NCBI RefSeq assembly: GCF_003918875.1
Contig: NW_025767646.1
Location: 2,046,001 to 2,110,000, forward strand
Length of the DNA stretch: 64,000 bases
Source of the DNA: Haliotis rubra
Taxonomy: Eukaryota
Direction of reading: 5' to 3'
Positions 26,969 through 40,556 of this stretch are shown here, piece after piece (positions within the stretch are counted from its first letter, which is position 1; each line of letters starts with the position of its first letter). Below the pieces are notes generated by a model. The model did no database searches and had not been told where the DNA came from. It worked only from the letters and a program-made list of their open reading frames with translations. The translations under genes were made by a program, and so were the position numbers.

Positions 26969-28199
26969 TTCTTAATGCAGAGCGTCAGGCAATATATCCA
27001 CAGGTATATTTTTTTCGGCAAGGCATCGAACCATTACATCCTAGCCTCAGTAATAAAGTACAAGATATAACCTTCTTTAATTGATTTCAGGGCATGTTGT
27101 TGTTACAACATGATTCCCATATTCTGAACGGCACGAGAGACGCGAAGAATCCCATTCTAGATCTGTTGTTTTAATAACATCCGAATATTTCGACAACATC
27201 TGATTGGCAACATCAAAGCACATCTTCAAAATGGCATGCTGCGAATTCGGAACTGAATAAGAACTCTTAAAATTGTGTTGTCCCAAAGGGAAAACTGTAG
27301 CGAGGCACAAGTAAATACAAGTGTGTTCATCCGACAGGGTATATCCGTTATGTGCTCAGAGCTTCAAGAAGTTACAACTATTTTTCATGTGGGAACAGAG
27401 GCTTTAGTTATACGTGACAGCGTCCCATCTACATACATCGCCGTCGTTTTTTGTGAAGTTTCTTTGGCTTTGATTTGTTGGGGTTTTGTATTGTAGCGAG
27501 CATGCTCTAGCGCCTTTACTGATATATTACTATTTAGGAAATACAGTTCAAATACACATAGTAATCCGTCCTGAAACGTGAGGGATCTAATGCTGGTTAC
27601 TAAAATATAATCTCTAATTAAAGAACCTCGTATACTGGAGATGAGCAGTACATAAAGTGATGGTTTAGACACTTCCTTTCTGATCCATCAATTTTACCCC
27701 CAAATCCGTTTCTAAAAGATTAACCATACTCCTTGAAACAATCAAAGGACTTCCCTTTTAGTCACCGAAAAATTGAGACAAGCGGAAATAATACCACGTG
27801 CATGCTCAAAAAGGATTCTCTTGAATGTTTGCTATCTCAGAAATGAACAAATTCACATTTGATTCTCCTCTATCCCACAAGACCAAGGCTTAGATTTTTA
27901 ATATATATAATTTTGATAGTAACAAATATTCCCATTTAAATTGCAAAGAAGCTCCAGTGAGACGGGAGATTCAGAACCTGAAGAGATATAGACATGTTTC
28001 ATTAATGACTTTAACATTGCAGAAAGGGATGGGCGGGAGGGTAGATAATGTGGTTCAGGAACTGTAAGACACTATCCCACGTGACACACAGAAGATAACC
28101 ATTACATCCTTGATCCATTTGTCTCTGACCGTGGTGATACAGGTACATCTCTAAATATCTTCCATGGTTCAGGACAATTGTCCAAAATGTAAGCAAATG

Positions 28200-28920
28200 T
28201 CAAAGGATATTTACTGTGAAAGTATCATATTGTGATCTGGATATCCTTGCTGATAAACTCCATGGAACATTTGAGGACAGGACATCTAGTCAAGAATGAA
28301 TCATCACCATGGGAACCAACTAGGCTTCCCTTCTCTTTGACCAAGATGCTCCGATGAATGTTTTACCACTTAAGGTTCAGGTATATAATAGATCTGATAA
28401 CATTTAATCATAGTCTTGAAGAAAATTCCCTTCTATTGATTTTCCGACCTGAGCTGGATATAAAGCCTCAGTGAAATTTCCTCCTCTGTTTCAGATCTGA
28501 CAAAAAGTGACAAAAACATGGTCAAAACCCTATGCCAAAAACGTCACTTTATGTTGAACAATATGCCAACAAGCACAGTCTTTGGGTGACTACATTTACC
28601 AACTCTTGAGGTACAATCCAGCATGTTCTTTCCTTAAAGACGTCAAATAGCGTCATAAGACTCTTGCGCAAAAGTCGTTTGATCTTGATTGCATCATTGG
28701 AGACTTTGGTGAAGCAATCGCGTTGTAGACACATGGAGGACCTTTCCAAATTTGGTGCACTGGTGACAAAAACTATGTCGAATGCAATTAACTTTTTTAA
28801 CTATGTGTAACTGTGGGTTTTTTCCAAGAGATCAACTGACAAACCTTTGACTACGACAGGAGTTTCTGGTAGGGTAGCACACGCTCACCTATTCGACACC
28901 ACCTGGTATCGTCGCTATTT
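28200..28920 (+). mobile_element. Decayed Penelope-like retroelement (RT C-terminal part and 3' end)
   Basis: Broken peptides ITMGTN (cf. GIPMGTN), RPELDIK (cf. YPPELEIK) and QLLRYNPACS (cf. SQLIRYSRACS) occur in the expected order; many stops and frameshifts. Confidence 0.65.
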
Positions 28921-29114
28921 GATAGTAATTCATAAACAAACACTCATGATATAATCTGAATCGTACAATAGACTTGCTTTTGGCAAAATTTCTTATGAAC
29001 GTGGAAAGGGTTTTGTCGCTCAGGGACATTTCTGAGTGGGATACAGGGAAGCTTTAAAGGTCCATTTTGGAAACACACATCCACAATCTTCTCTTCGATT
29101 CTACTAATCCAAGT

Positions 29115-29568
29115 AAAAGATTTTACCCTCAAAGATTTAACTTCCATTCAGGTCATTTATTTATTTAGTCTCAGAAATAGAGTTATCTTATATGTCCACA
29201 AAAATACAATCCAACAGGAGAAAGGAGCATTTCTTACTTTCAGAGCTGGGGTTATCTAGACTTGCCTAGTGAGTCTAGACTTGAGTTCTAGGTCTCGTTT
29301 TACATTCAAGCTCAGAGACTAGTCATGCATATTAACAAGAACCATCAATGACTATCCAACCATTCATATTTAACGTACATGCCAACGGCAGAAGAGGTCA
29401 ACAGTTGGTAGATAAGTTAAAATATATAATGGTACTGTCGTAACTAATTTGGGTTTGTTTTTTGTTTTGTTGAAAAATGACACTTAATCGTAAACGCTGT
29501 GTGTGAAATACTGTCGATGGTTCATATACGAGACATGTCTTTTGGCAGAAACCAAATCCATCTAAAAT
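29115..29568. repeat. Dispersed repeat, copy 2 (homologous to 4200-4667)
   Basis: Collinear shared blocks, same orientation as copy 1. Confidence 0.85.
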
Positions 29569-30326
29569 AAAAAGAATCACTGACATTCACAATAGAATAT
29601 CAATATTAATATCACGTGCTGTAAAGCACACTGGCAAACTATGTTTCAAGGTAAGTCAATTCTCTTTGTGGAATATATTATTGTAAGGATAATATCTTTT
29701 ACCCATAACTGAATCAATTTTTTTGCAGAGAACAAAAGGGATTACCTCTGCACACCACCATGGAATTATTCTCCAAAAACACAAAGAGTTCGTAAGCCGA
29801 TTAGTTAAGATCACAATATTCTTTGATCCGTTTCGCTATACGTCCACCGAGACCTGATTTACAGTCGCACAGGGGAATTAGATTATTGCGATCGAGTGAA
29901 CTTAGGTTTAACGCTTCTTGGAACAGCATTTGAAATTTAAATGGGAGCGAACTCCAATATGGCGTTTACGCAAGGGTATGGATATGGTGACAGAATAACG
30001 ATCATGACTTTGTCTTCGAACATACGATTGGAGGATCCTGGCAAATAGGGGACATAACCCTGTACAGTGCATTTTGAGGGTACTGGATCCTCAGTGGCTG
30101 GATTGTTTCCTGAAGCAAACATGCATTTAACGTATATTGAATTTAACGTTAATTTCATGGTAGTGAGCACAGGAACAAAGAATGGGATTTGTGATATAGA
30201 AAATGGCCAAAGCTGTATAACCTAGGGTTGAATCCAGTTTTAAAATACACCTAGAAAAGTACACCTTTGTAAAGGTGTAGTGTTTAGATCAAAGTCTTAA
30301 ATCATGATGAGTACATCCGAATAATT

Positions 30327-30452
30327 GAGTGAGTGAGTTTAGTATTACGCCGCACTCAGTAATATTCCAGCTATATGTAATATTCCGGCAGTCTGTAAAT
30401 AGTCGAATCTGGACCAGACAATCCAGTGATCAACAACATGAGCATCGATCTA
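30327..30452 (-). mobile_element. SINE-like family B, 3' half
   Basis: GAGTGAGT..ACGCCGCACTCAG..TCTGGACCAGACAATCCAGTGATCAAC. Confidence 0.88.
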
Positions 30453-32079
30453 TGTTCTATGGCCAGTTCTAGTCCTTCCAGTGATTCTATCGGATATTCC
30501 GTGATCCATCAACACAATTTGATACTCGAAATATGGCCTTGACAGTAGCTATCCGTACAGCTTCAACTTGCATATCACGTGCATTGTAAATGATAACATT
30601 GATTTTTTAAGTTAGCAAATAAAATGTATAGTTGTAGTGTACCAAAGAACAAAAAGACAAACGTGACAAACATATCAATATTAAGTAAGTCGTATTGATT
30701 ACAATATTTAAGAAAGGTCCTTGGTAGTTTGGCAGCGTTCGCCATATTTAACGCAATAAGAAGCATTTATGGGAATAACCCGATTAAGGAATAATAATGT
30801 TTCCACGTCAGTCTATTACGAAACATGTTCCATAGTCTGGTTATTTGTCATGATCTGTTATGAACATAAAATACAGATTTGTATAATGAATATATTGATC
30901 TTTGCGCAGGGAGACATAGTGACTTCCTGGGGCGATATAACAAATATCAACACATAGTGAATTCCTGGGGCGATATAACAAATATCAACGATCAAAACAG
31001 AATTTTTAGCAGCGATCTCTTGTAGTTTTTGGAGAAGACGAAGTACATTTAAAAATCCCACACTTCCCCAAAGGATGTGAAAATGAAGAGAGGACTATAT
31101 TTCACTTGGAGTAGATATTGAGGACAAATGGCCAAACTTATTCATCATCGTGTTGCTATGGCAATTTAACTAAATTTTGGATGGAGACTATTTTAACACA
31201 TTCAGGGTGTCCAGACTAAGTAGATATTTGTAGAATGAGTATTAATAATGCTACTTGGGTGGAGCTTCCGGTAAAGGGACGTTCGAGTGTTACAACACAC
31301 TTGCACATTTACACACAAAACTCTTTACCGGAGGAAATAGCAAATCATCTATATCAGGCTCGTGTCGACAATCCACTCCAGTATAGACGTAAACGGCGAC
31401 AGTCTAAATCAGTCGGCGGGATCTGTGTAGCAAATATCCACATGAAGCTAATAACATGACGATATTGCCCATATTGGATGCTATGCACAGGGTAATTGAT
31501 TCAATCACAACGCTGAAAGTTATTACCATCAACTGGTGTATAGATTATCCATGTGTCAAATCACTTTGCATCCGGAGAATCCACATTTCAGATCACAATT
31601 ACTGTTACCCAGATGCTTTAAATGCATCTATTTCAATATTCATATATTTCGTTTTGGAATAAATTCTTCTTTGTCTAACTTATTAATAGCTGAAATCCTC
31701 AGGATGACGGTTTGGAATCCATTCACGTTTGCGAATTTTTTCTCTTCCGTAAATCACATTTGCTTCAGGATTAAACTTTTAAAGAAGTCCCAAAGCATGA
31801 TCTTGTGCACATCGCTATTCAGACACCAGTCTCTTGAATCTCAATGACTATGGTAAATAGTCGGACCTCTTCTTAAACCATCCATGGGTTGAAATAAACC
31901 TGCATTTCATTCATTTGTCAAAACGACAGAGCTTCTCGTTAACAAACGCCTGCAGTATTACATGCAATAGAGTCAATTTCTTAGCGTCTTCTAAAATTTC
32001 AATCAGCCCACATTCAGTTATTTATTTTACTCAACAAGAATTACGAGGTTTATTAGGAAGTTATTTCGTGCACGAGTAC

Positions 32080-32239
32080 TGACTGACTGATTATAGTTTT
32101 ACGCCTCTTTTAGCAATATTCCAGCACATTAGGGGACACCAGAAATGGGCTTCACACATTGTACCCATGTGGGGAATCGAACCCGGGTCTTCGGCATGAC
32201 GAGCGAACGCTTTAACCACTAAGCTACCCAACCGCCCCC
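32080..32239 (-). mobile_element. SINE family A
   Basis: Full copy; TSD TCGTGCACGAGTA. Confidence 0.94.
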
Positions 32240-33399
32240 TCGTGCACGAGTAGATATCGGCTTTAGAAGTTAACAAATCCGTAATATGACGATAACTGTA
32301 ATGGTTTAGGTTACTTTTGTTTGATTCAGACGGTATGGTGCATTATCTGAATCTAGACCACCCGATGAAGAAGATTCTAGCTTCTATAGTTTCCTATGTT
32401 GTTAGACGCAGTCATCTCAATCAACTCACAGAAAAAGGTGAATTCGGTATTACCTTCATACGAGCAGTCATATCAATCAAACAACACGCTCATGTCTATA
32501 ATTCCGTGAAAATTCCGGAGTGTACTCCATTTTCTAATCAAAATCACAGTACACCATTTTTTATTTCCATCACTGAGAATCCCAAATGCATCATTAGAGA
32601 CTTGGCTCGCATGTAATGAGAGTTTGGTGTTAAAGCTGGAGCAGCCAAAGAGCAAGTGTTAGGTCCAGCGGAGTTACCTCCCTTGCATTGTCGATCGTGA
32701 AACGCTGCTTTGCCTTGGCTTCGGAATCTGTGGCCAGCCAATGGCCTTGCGAAGCACGCTGCGATCGAAGCTACCGTTTAAAGTTAATTGCTATCTATTG
32801 GACCAGTTGATTAAATATTGACATTCATTAAACATCCGTGCACCAGTCCATTTCCTCGTTATGTAGCGTTTTCTAGGGGAGTGAGTTTTAAATTGTGGGA
32901 AATTATTTTAATGAAGTGGACCACATATCCTGTTAAATGAAAGAAAACATGGAAAAATACACAAGTAGATTAAAAAGTCTTCCTCGTCAGTTTCGTCCCT
33001 GGTGCATGTATCTGACAACAATATATTTCATTTTAGCAAACTCAAGCGATGTCTAATTCATTCGTCGATGTAGACATTCACACATGAGAAGCTAGTTTCG
33101 GATAAACTGACAGTGCCGGTCTTTCGTGTGTGAAATACAGCCACCACAACGAGAGAAAAGATTAAAATCTAACATAAAATCAGCAACTGCTGAAACGAAA
33201 TATGATCCTGTTATTCCATTTTAATCACACATTAACATGTCACGCTCACATCGTTATCAAACCTGAGAGATGTACAGTTTGATATTTGATGCATAACTTT
33301 TCTTTTAAATCTCCTTTCAACAACTCAGCGTTCAATATTAACCATTTTTCATATTCACATTTATTCCATTTGCGTTGGACCTTCTCATATTGACGTTTT

Positions 33400-33930
33400 C
33401 CAACGCAGGAATTTTATGCAACGTGTCGAGCTTTAGATATTTATGCGAGAAGATTCTCTATGTTTCATTTCGCTGGACATTGATCAAAGCATTTCTCTAT
33501 TTGCTGAGCATTGTTACATCATCAGCTAGATAAATCACACTAGATTCATCATGGTCAATATTTCTGATTCTCTGAAAGCATTTCTCGTATTACTTAAGCG
33601 TGCAAATTCCTCTAGATAGAGACGATAGATTCTCCGATAACAACTCAAGTACTTCCTTTCCCAGATGTAGCAGAGATGATTGCCTTCAACAAGATACGAT
33701 GCCCACTTGGCGACAGGGGATCGGTAAGCTGCAAATTCCAATGCAAGTAATTGCACACAAGACAATAGCTGCAGCGTTTGTTCGCCATTTCCAGTCTGCG
33801 AGAGTAGTCAATACGGGTGTAGTGGAACATTACGTAGATTATCTGAGGAGGATAAGAGGTGGATATCGTTCGATTTCTCAAATGTCCTGTCATTGAGTGT
33901 TGACGGTGGGTGCTAATTCTTGACATCGAC
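33400..33930 (-). mobile_element. Decayed non-LTR retrotransposon RT fragment
   Basis: Minus-strand remnants LADWK, AAYRSP (cf. NYRPIS), YLEEFARLSNTRNAFRES (cf. LSDxQxGFR) and IEKCFD (cf. xKAFD), in RT domain order. Confidence 0.6.
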
Positions 33931-34087
33931 AGTGGTTTGTCTTCGCAGGGTCATATACATGTATGGGATGTCAAATCAACCAAGGTGCTTGCATCGTATA
34001 CACTTACTGTCTTTCAACTGATCGTACAGACCCGGCTCCAGGAGTTTATAGAGAGGAGGATGCATATAAATGCATACCCAGCTCGAG

Positions 34088-34093
34088 CGAGTG

Positions 34094-34176
<83 letters not shown>
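34088..34176. repeat. (GA)n microsatellite at a SINE tail
   Basis: Directly visible. Confidence 0.97.
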
Positions 34177-34180
<4 letters not shown>

Positions 34181-34395
34181 GTTTAGTTTTACGCCACACT
34201 CAGCAATATTCCAGCTATATGGCGGCGGTCTGTATATAATCGTATCTGGTCAAGACAATCCAGTGACCAACAGCATGAGCATCGATCTGCGCAATTGGGA
34301 TACGATGACATGTGTCAACCAAGTCAGCAAGCCTGACCACCGATCCTGTTAGTCGCCTCTTACGACAAACATGGGTTACTTAAGATCAATATTCT
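34177..34395 (-). mobile_element. SINE-like family B running into an assembly gap
   Basis: Tail through to TTAGTCGCCTCTTACGACAA; head cut by Ns. Confidence 0.92.
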
Positions 34396-34535
34396 NNNNN
34401 NNNNNNNNNNNNNNNNNNNNNNNNNNNNNNNNNNNNNNNNNNNNNNNNNNNNNNNNNNNNNNNNNNNNNNNNNNNNNNNNNNNNNNNNNNNNNNNNNNNN
34501 NNNNNNNNNNNNNNNNNNNNNNNNNNNNNNNNNNN
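34396..34535. other. Assembly gap
   Basis: Run of N. Confidence 1.
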
Positions 34536-35667
34536 AGACAAACAGACAGACACACTCACACACACACAGGCGCGCGGATACCGTGATGCCCATATACATC
34601 ATTTATAACTTAACTCTTAAGTTAGCTTTTCATATTATATCTCACGGTACATCTGTATTGGTCACATGGTGACCCCAAACACGATAACAAATTGAATCCA
34701 TAATGTGATCTCAAAATAAAATATCGAAATTTTACATTTTGAATATTAATGTCATTTTTATTCTAACTGACATACCGATGTACAGATTGCATCCACAGTC
34801 AGGATTAAACTGTTCTCAGAAATGCCTCATATGTTCAAACAAAAGGCTGAATCAATATGCTACAATTTAGCCTAACTCCCGTTCTTCTCCAGTAATGAAT
34901 GGTTGGACATTGTATGTATATTCATGTGACTGAATGCCTAACAGACTATAAAAACAAATTAGATGGCATGATAGTATTATTCAAAAATGTAATACGTATA
35001 ATTAGAAAAGGTTTGTAGAACACAGTGCCTGTTCCGGAAGGAAACACCGTCCTACTGACTGGGTGTAGGAAAACATTCATCAGGTGATCCAGCTATTGTA
35101 GAATTTCCTCGTTTAATGTGATTTAGTTTCAGACTGAATTCAATCAGAAAGCACTAGTGTTGGAAATAGAGCACTGGTTGGATTCCAACTTCAGAGTTCT
35201 GAGTGTTTTAGAAGAAAACAGTCGGGTTTGATGGTATTTACACCAAAGCCTGTCTCTTCAACACTATAATAGCTAGTTCAAAACAGAATTGCCGTCCTGG
35301 GTGATCCCTGAACAAATCATAGCTGGACCGTTCGGAAAGGTTTTCAGAGTAATTTGGCTTTCAACCAACCGCCCTCGACAGCGAAAGATGACGTCAAGGT
35401 TTAAACAGCCCTGTTTGTGAGGACACATTATTTAGCGGTAGTCAAGTCATCTAAAGTGCGGTTATTGGCGCAGATTTGCATCTCCAAGGTGGGCCTCGAC
35501 CGTAAGCTCGAGATCAAGACCATGTTGTACCACGTTCTTCAAGGCGACCTTAGATTTAAGACAGACTTTAAGATAGGCTTACGACAGCCGTAGCGGTACG
35601 ATCACTTTGTGGAGCGGGTCCCCCCTTTCTCAAAAAGCTGTATCCGCCCCTGTCGCGAGAGTATGTG

Positions 35668-35895
35668 GGTGAGTGAGTTTAGTTTTACGCCGCACTCAGC
35701 TATATGGCGCCATCTGTAAATAATCGAGTCTGGACCGGACAATCCAGTGATCAGCAGCATGAGCATCGATCTACGCAGTTGGGATACGATGACATGTGTC
35801 AACCAAGTCAGCGAGCCTGACCACCGATCCCGTTAGTCGCCTCTTACATGCATGGGTTGCTGAAGATCAATATTCTAACCTGGATCTTAACGAGT
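35668..35895 (-). mobile_element. SINE-like family B
   Basis: Near full-length reverse copy. Confidence 0.92.
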
Positions 35896-36149
35896 GAGAG
35901 TGTATGTGGCTAGTGGTAACAAGCACGAACATACGACTGTGGGTTTTTGTACACTGATAGTCCATGTCGAAGTTTAACATGAATATCTCACTTAGGCACA
36001 TAATGACTACCATCCGAACATTCCATATATATCCCCTTAATATCAGGCAGGTCAACAATAAGTACCATCTTGAAACGCCATATGGTATAACACGGTAGAC
36101 GTTAAAGAACCACCGACCCTCCGCTCTCCTGGCTGATATTCCATCCACA

Positions 36150-36420
36150 ATCACATCCACATTCGAATGATAAACAACACCTTACACACTGTTATCGTAA
36201 CCAACACACTTGGATCTTTATAACACAACCAGATATCAGTAAATACGGCGTGAAGGATTCGATGTGTGTTGAACTGTTTAATATTTTTTGACACACTGTA
36301 GAGCTGTTTCAGGAGGTGTACTGCATCAAGAGGCACAGTATCAACATCTGTAAGCCGGCGTATGTAGAGTATAAGTAGATATCCAGGTGAGTGTTGTGCA
36401 TGTCGAGACGTGCATGGCAA
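36150..36420 (-). mobile_element. Possible decayed LINE ORF2 C-terminus (CR1-like)
   Basis: HARLDMHNTHLDIYL resembles the HxRLRxxxxxLNxHL motif; weak match. Confidence 0.3.
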
Positions 36421-36644
36421 CGACGTGAATATCAGATCAAGCAGTGTTCAAGTGGATCTATTCAACTAACTTGTTTCCAAATTTGTCAAAAAATACATTT
36501 CTGAATCTTGAGAACATAAACAACATATTTATACAGTAAATATATATGTAAAAGCACAATGTTGTTATGGTGATCATTCATGACTGCTATTGAATGGATA
36601 GGTTTAACAATTTATTATCCCTTTTTGTTTATTTTGCTGTTTTG

Positions 36645-36836
36645 GCAGTGGTCTGTAAATAATCGTGCCTGGACCAGATAATCCAGTGATCAACAGCATG
36701 AGCATCGATCTACGCAATTAGGATACGATGACATGTGTCAACCAAGTCAGCGAGCCTGACCACCGATCCTGTTAGTCGCCTCTTACGACAAGCATGGGTT
36801 ACTGAAGACCAATTCTAACCTGGGTTTTCACGGGTC
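36645..36836 (-). mobile_element. SINE-like family B (head intact, tail lost)
   Basis: Reverse complement starts AGACCCGTGAAAACCCAGGTTAGAATTGGTCTTCAG. Confidence 0.9.
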
Positions 36837-38454
36837 TAATAATACATATGAACTATTTCACGTTTCCCTTTGTTGTTTACTGATACGTTTCAGTATTAGC
36901 TGCACTATCACACAGAAATGGGGAAAAGGGTGGATGAAGTTAGGACAAGGATGATAATATAAGTGTTGTCTTATATTATAGGGTATGGGTTGAGTTCAAC
37001 TTTGCTCTGAACAGTATTACAGTTAAGCAAGGCATTTCTGCTTAATGTGGGAGAAACACCAAAGTGATGAAGGTCTCACACGTTCGCCATTCGGTGATAA
37101 TCATATTCGAACCAACGATCATAGGTTCCTGGCTTGACCAAGGGACGTAACTTTGTACATCAAATTGCGGCGCCTTGGACAACTGGGCCACCCGTGCCCC
37201 CTCATCAAAATTCGTCATACGATTTGCTGGCATTATGTCTAAAACTGTTTCATCGTAGGCAAGAAGCATGACATGCATTCAAAAGACTTATCCTTTTTAT
37301 TTTGGGGATGGAGGATTGATGTATGAAAAGAACGGCGTTTATATTGATGCTGGTACACTACTTGACACTTTCGTTGGAGACACGTCTACACAAACAAACT
37401 AGACGTTCTTACACATACTTATAAGTGTATGAAATCCCGTTTTAAAGAACTGCAAATGAGAAAATAGTGTTGAAGTGAAACAGTTTTAAACTTAAAAAGC
37501 CACGTGTCAATAAAGCTCTCAATCAGGTTAGCCCATAATGAACTAATCAATAGCAGTTGGGGTTAAGTAAAAAGAGGCGACACTTTTTACCGTGAACAGA
37601 ATTAAATGTAGTCATTTCTTTACACAGAACTTGATGACAGATTCGTGTTAGATGAAAACCATCACTGTAGTCACAATCTATTCCCTTTTCTTCTGACAAG
37701 ACTTGCCAGAAAGATACTTTTCACTTTGTAGTTTCTGCTACTTCATTATACAGTGACCTAATTTGTGACACACATTTAGCATTACGGCAAAGAACAAAAT
37801 AAAAGGTTTGTAAACAAATCTCAAGCACCCTGGTGACAGATCAAATAGGATACAATAAATATGCAAATTACCTCTGAATGGGACGCTGTCAGGTGACAAT
37901 GGTCACAAGACCTTTTTTCACAAATAGTTTCAGGAATACTGATGGGGTTATAAATATAATGTGGGTGCTTGAACTGTCCACAACAAAGTGATGAACGTTT
38001 TAGGGAGTATTTGGCAAATTTCAGTAAATACAAACAGGATCTTCATGGCCTATAAGTATGGAATGACAATACAATGAAATGGCTTTCTTGGTTTACAAGT
38101 GTTTAAGGGCATTCGATGATGTAAGATCTTTGATCTGTGGGTACTGATGGACAACACAATAAAGTGACTCTCTAGGTATTTAGGTAACTGAGGAATGATG
38201 TGACTCTCTTGGTCTACAAGCATTGATGAATAATACAAAGATGTGGCTTTCTTGGTTGGTCGTATTTCAGGACAATTCAGTGGTGTTATGTTCTCTGTAT
38301 GTTGATCATTTACTTCAGTGGATTTCTTGGTATGTAGGCATTGCCAGACAATACAATGATATGGCTTTCTTGGTCAGAAGGTATTTAAGTATAATAAAAT
38401 ATGATGTGAAACTTGCTTTGTAGATATTGTGGAACAATAAATACAAGGATGTAT

Positions 38455-38573
38455 TGGTTTGGTTTGGTTTAATTTGTTGAATAACACCCACCCAGCAATA
38501 TTCCAGCTATATGGCAGCGGTCTGTAAATAATCCAGTCTGGATCAGACAATCCAGTGATCAACATCATGAGCA
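38455..38573 (-). mobile_element. SINE-like family B, 3' fragment
   Basis: CAGCAATATTCCAGCTATATGGC..CAGACAATCCAGTGATCAAC. Confidence 0.85.
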
Positions 38574-39562
38574 TTACAAGGATGTGATTGTCTTTATCAG
38601 TAGGTAGATATGGACAAAGAAATAATGGCACTTCCTTGATCAGAGGTATTTCACTTCAATCCAAAGATGGGATTTTCTTGGTATGGGGTATTGAGGTATG
38701 AGATTTCAATTAGACTATTAAGAATAGTGATACTGATTAGTTTCACTATGATACATAGTAATTGTTAAAACTTAATACATTGAGTGTCTGTTGCCAACAT
38801 GACAATTTACTTTACTGGTGGAAAGAGGTTTCTTAATAGATCCAGACTTAGTTGAATGATATCTGATATATGCTTACAATATCAATCATCAGATCATCTG
38901 GACCAGATTCCAGTATTTACATATCGCCACCATATGGCTAGAATATTACAGACTACCATGTGAAACAGAAAACAGACAAAATTCCATATGGCAATCAGAA
39001 CTCAAAGCAAAGCAGTCCATAAATTTCGACCATGAACCATGTGTGGTCTAATGATGACACAATGAACATCTCCTATATCTGTAGTGACAGGGATTGTATA
39101 TACAGGGTCTGCTACTGGGTCGACCACACAGTGGGAGCCTGCCACAACTCTCCATCTTACCCCCATCCATCATCTCCCCCTGCCTGGTGATGCTTGTCGA
39201 GCCACACGCTTAATGATGCACCTCTGTGCCTCACACTGTATACTGTTACTTACTATATGTAAGAAAGGTGAACATGGTTTCTACATTGCTCTTATGTTTT
39301 TTCTAAACTATCCAATCATGAGTGAGTGGTGACTGGGCTTTCGCAAGGTCTTGGTCCTTATTGGACAGTCAAAATCAAATTCAAACAAGAGATATTGAGT
39401 TAAATGCCAATTTACCAGTATTTTTGTGATATCATAATGACATCTTAGTGGAAAAGAAAAATATAGAAGATATGTACCTTTGACACATTGCCATTTTGGA
39501 GAAACCAACTGGAAAGTATGGTGCCAGCAAACCCTGTCTCTTGTTTCCAAGACAATGCATGA

Positions 39563-39928
39563 TACATACAAGTGCCTCCATGGTTTGGCTCCCTCCTACT
39601 TGTCTGAACTCCTACATCTGTATGTCCCTGCACGCAACTTGCGCTCAAACACACAAAATCGACTGGTCATCCCATCCTACAAACTGAAATCCTTTGGACA
39701 CCGATCATTCTCTTACTCTGCACCTGTACTTTGGAACTCTCTCCCATGTGCCCTTAAAAGCTCTGACACAATTGACATTTTTAAGTCCAGACTTAAAACC
39801 CACCTTTTCTCAATATATTATGTATAACTTCATCTGTAAATACTCCAGTGTAAATATTCTGTAGTGCTTTGAGCATGCCTTAGGGTGTGGAAGGGGCGCA
39901 TCATAAATATGCATTTATTATTATTATG
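39563..39928 (+). mobile_element. 5'-truncated L2/CR1-group LINE 3' end
   Basis: Intact ORF2 C-terminus YKCLHGLAPSYLSELL...RNLRS...GHRSFSYSAPVLWNSLP...FKSRLKTHLF, stop at 39827, 3'UTR and (ATT)n tail. Confidence 0.92.
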
Positions 39929-40229
39929 ATTTGATGCCTTCATACTTTAAGGAACCGGTAGTACCCTGCAAGTCCACATATTCATTCCAACCTGAAGATC
40001 TACATCTGTTGCCATGGATATGGACACAGATATTTCCAACATGGTGGCCAAGAGTTAAGAAACCATCTTCCATCAGATATCAAAGAACGAAAAAAAGACT
40101 TAAACTGGATATAAAAGTTCTGTTAATTGTTGGTTATGCCTTGAGGGATACAAAGAGCGATTCATTTTTATTTAAACAGTGTTTCCACTAAAGTGAGCCA
40201 GTTGCAGTTGAAGTCTTGTAGTGATACTG

Positions 40230-40347
40230 GGCCCTTATTCTCGAAACATTCGTAGCCCTAAGATTTTTGTAACTTCAATCGTAGCCAATGTGTCAAGAAG
40301 GGGCTAAGAAGTTTGTAGGGCTACTGAACGTTTCGAGAATAGCTAGC
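40230..40347. mobile_element. MITE (PIF/Harbinger-like), CTG TSD
   Basis: Inverted TATTCTCGAAACATTCGTAGCCCTA / TAGGGCTACTGAACGTTTCGAGAATA; CTG on both sides. Confidence 0.7.
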
Positions 40348-40413
40348 CTGGTCACCTGTTTGCCAACTCTACACAAGGAACAACCTTCACTCATGTTCCC
40401 TTATTGATCAAGA

Positions 40414-40556
40414 GGAGTGATGGCGGAGCCTAGTGGTCAAAGCGTTCACTCATCAGCCGAAAACTCCGTTTCGATTCCCTACATGGGTACAATATGTGGT
40501 GCCTAATTTGGTGTCCCCTGCCATGATATTGCTGGACCTAAACTCACTCACTCACT
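40414..40556 (+). mobile_element. SINE family A, decayed
   Basis: AGCCTAGTGGTCAAAGCG..TTCGATTCCC..(ACTC)n. Confidence 0.85.
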
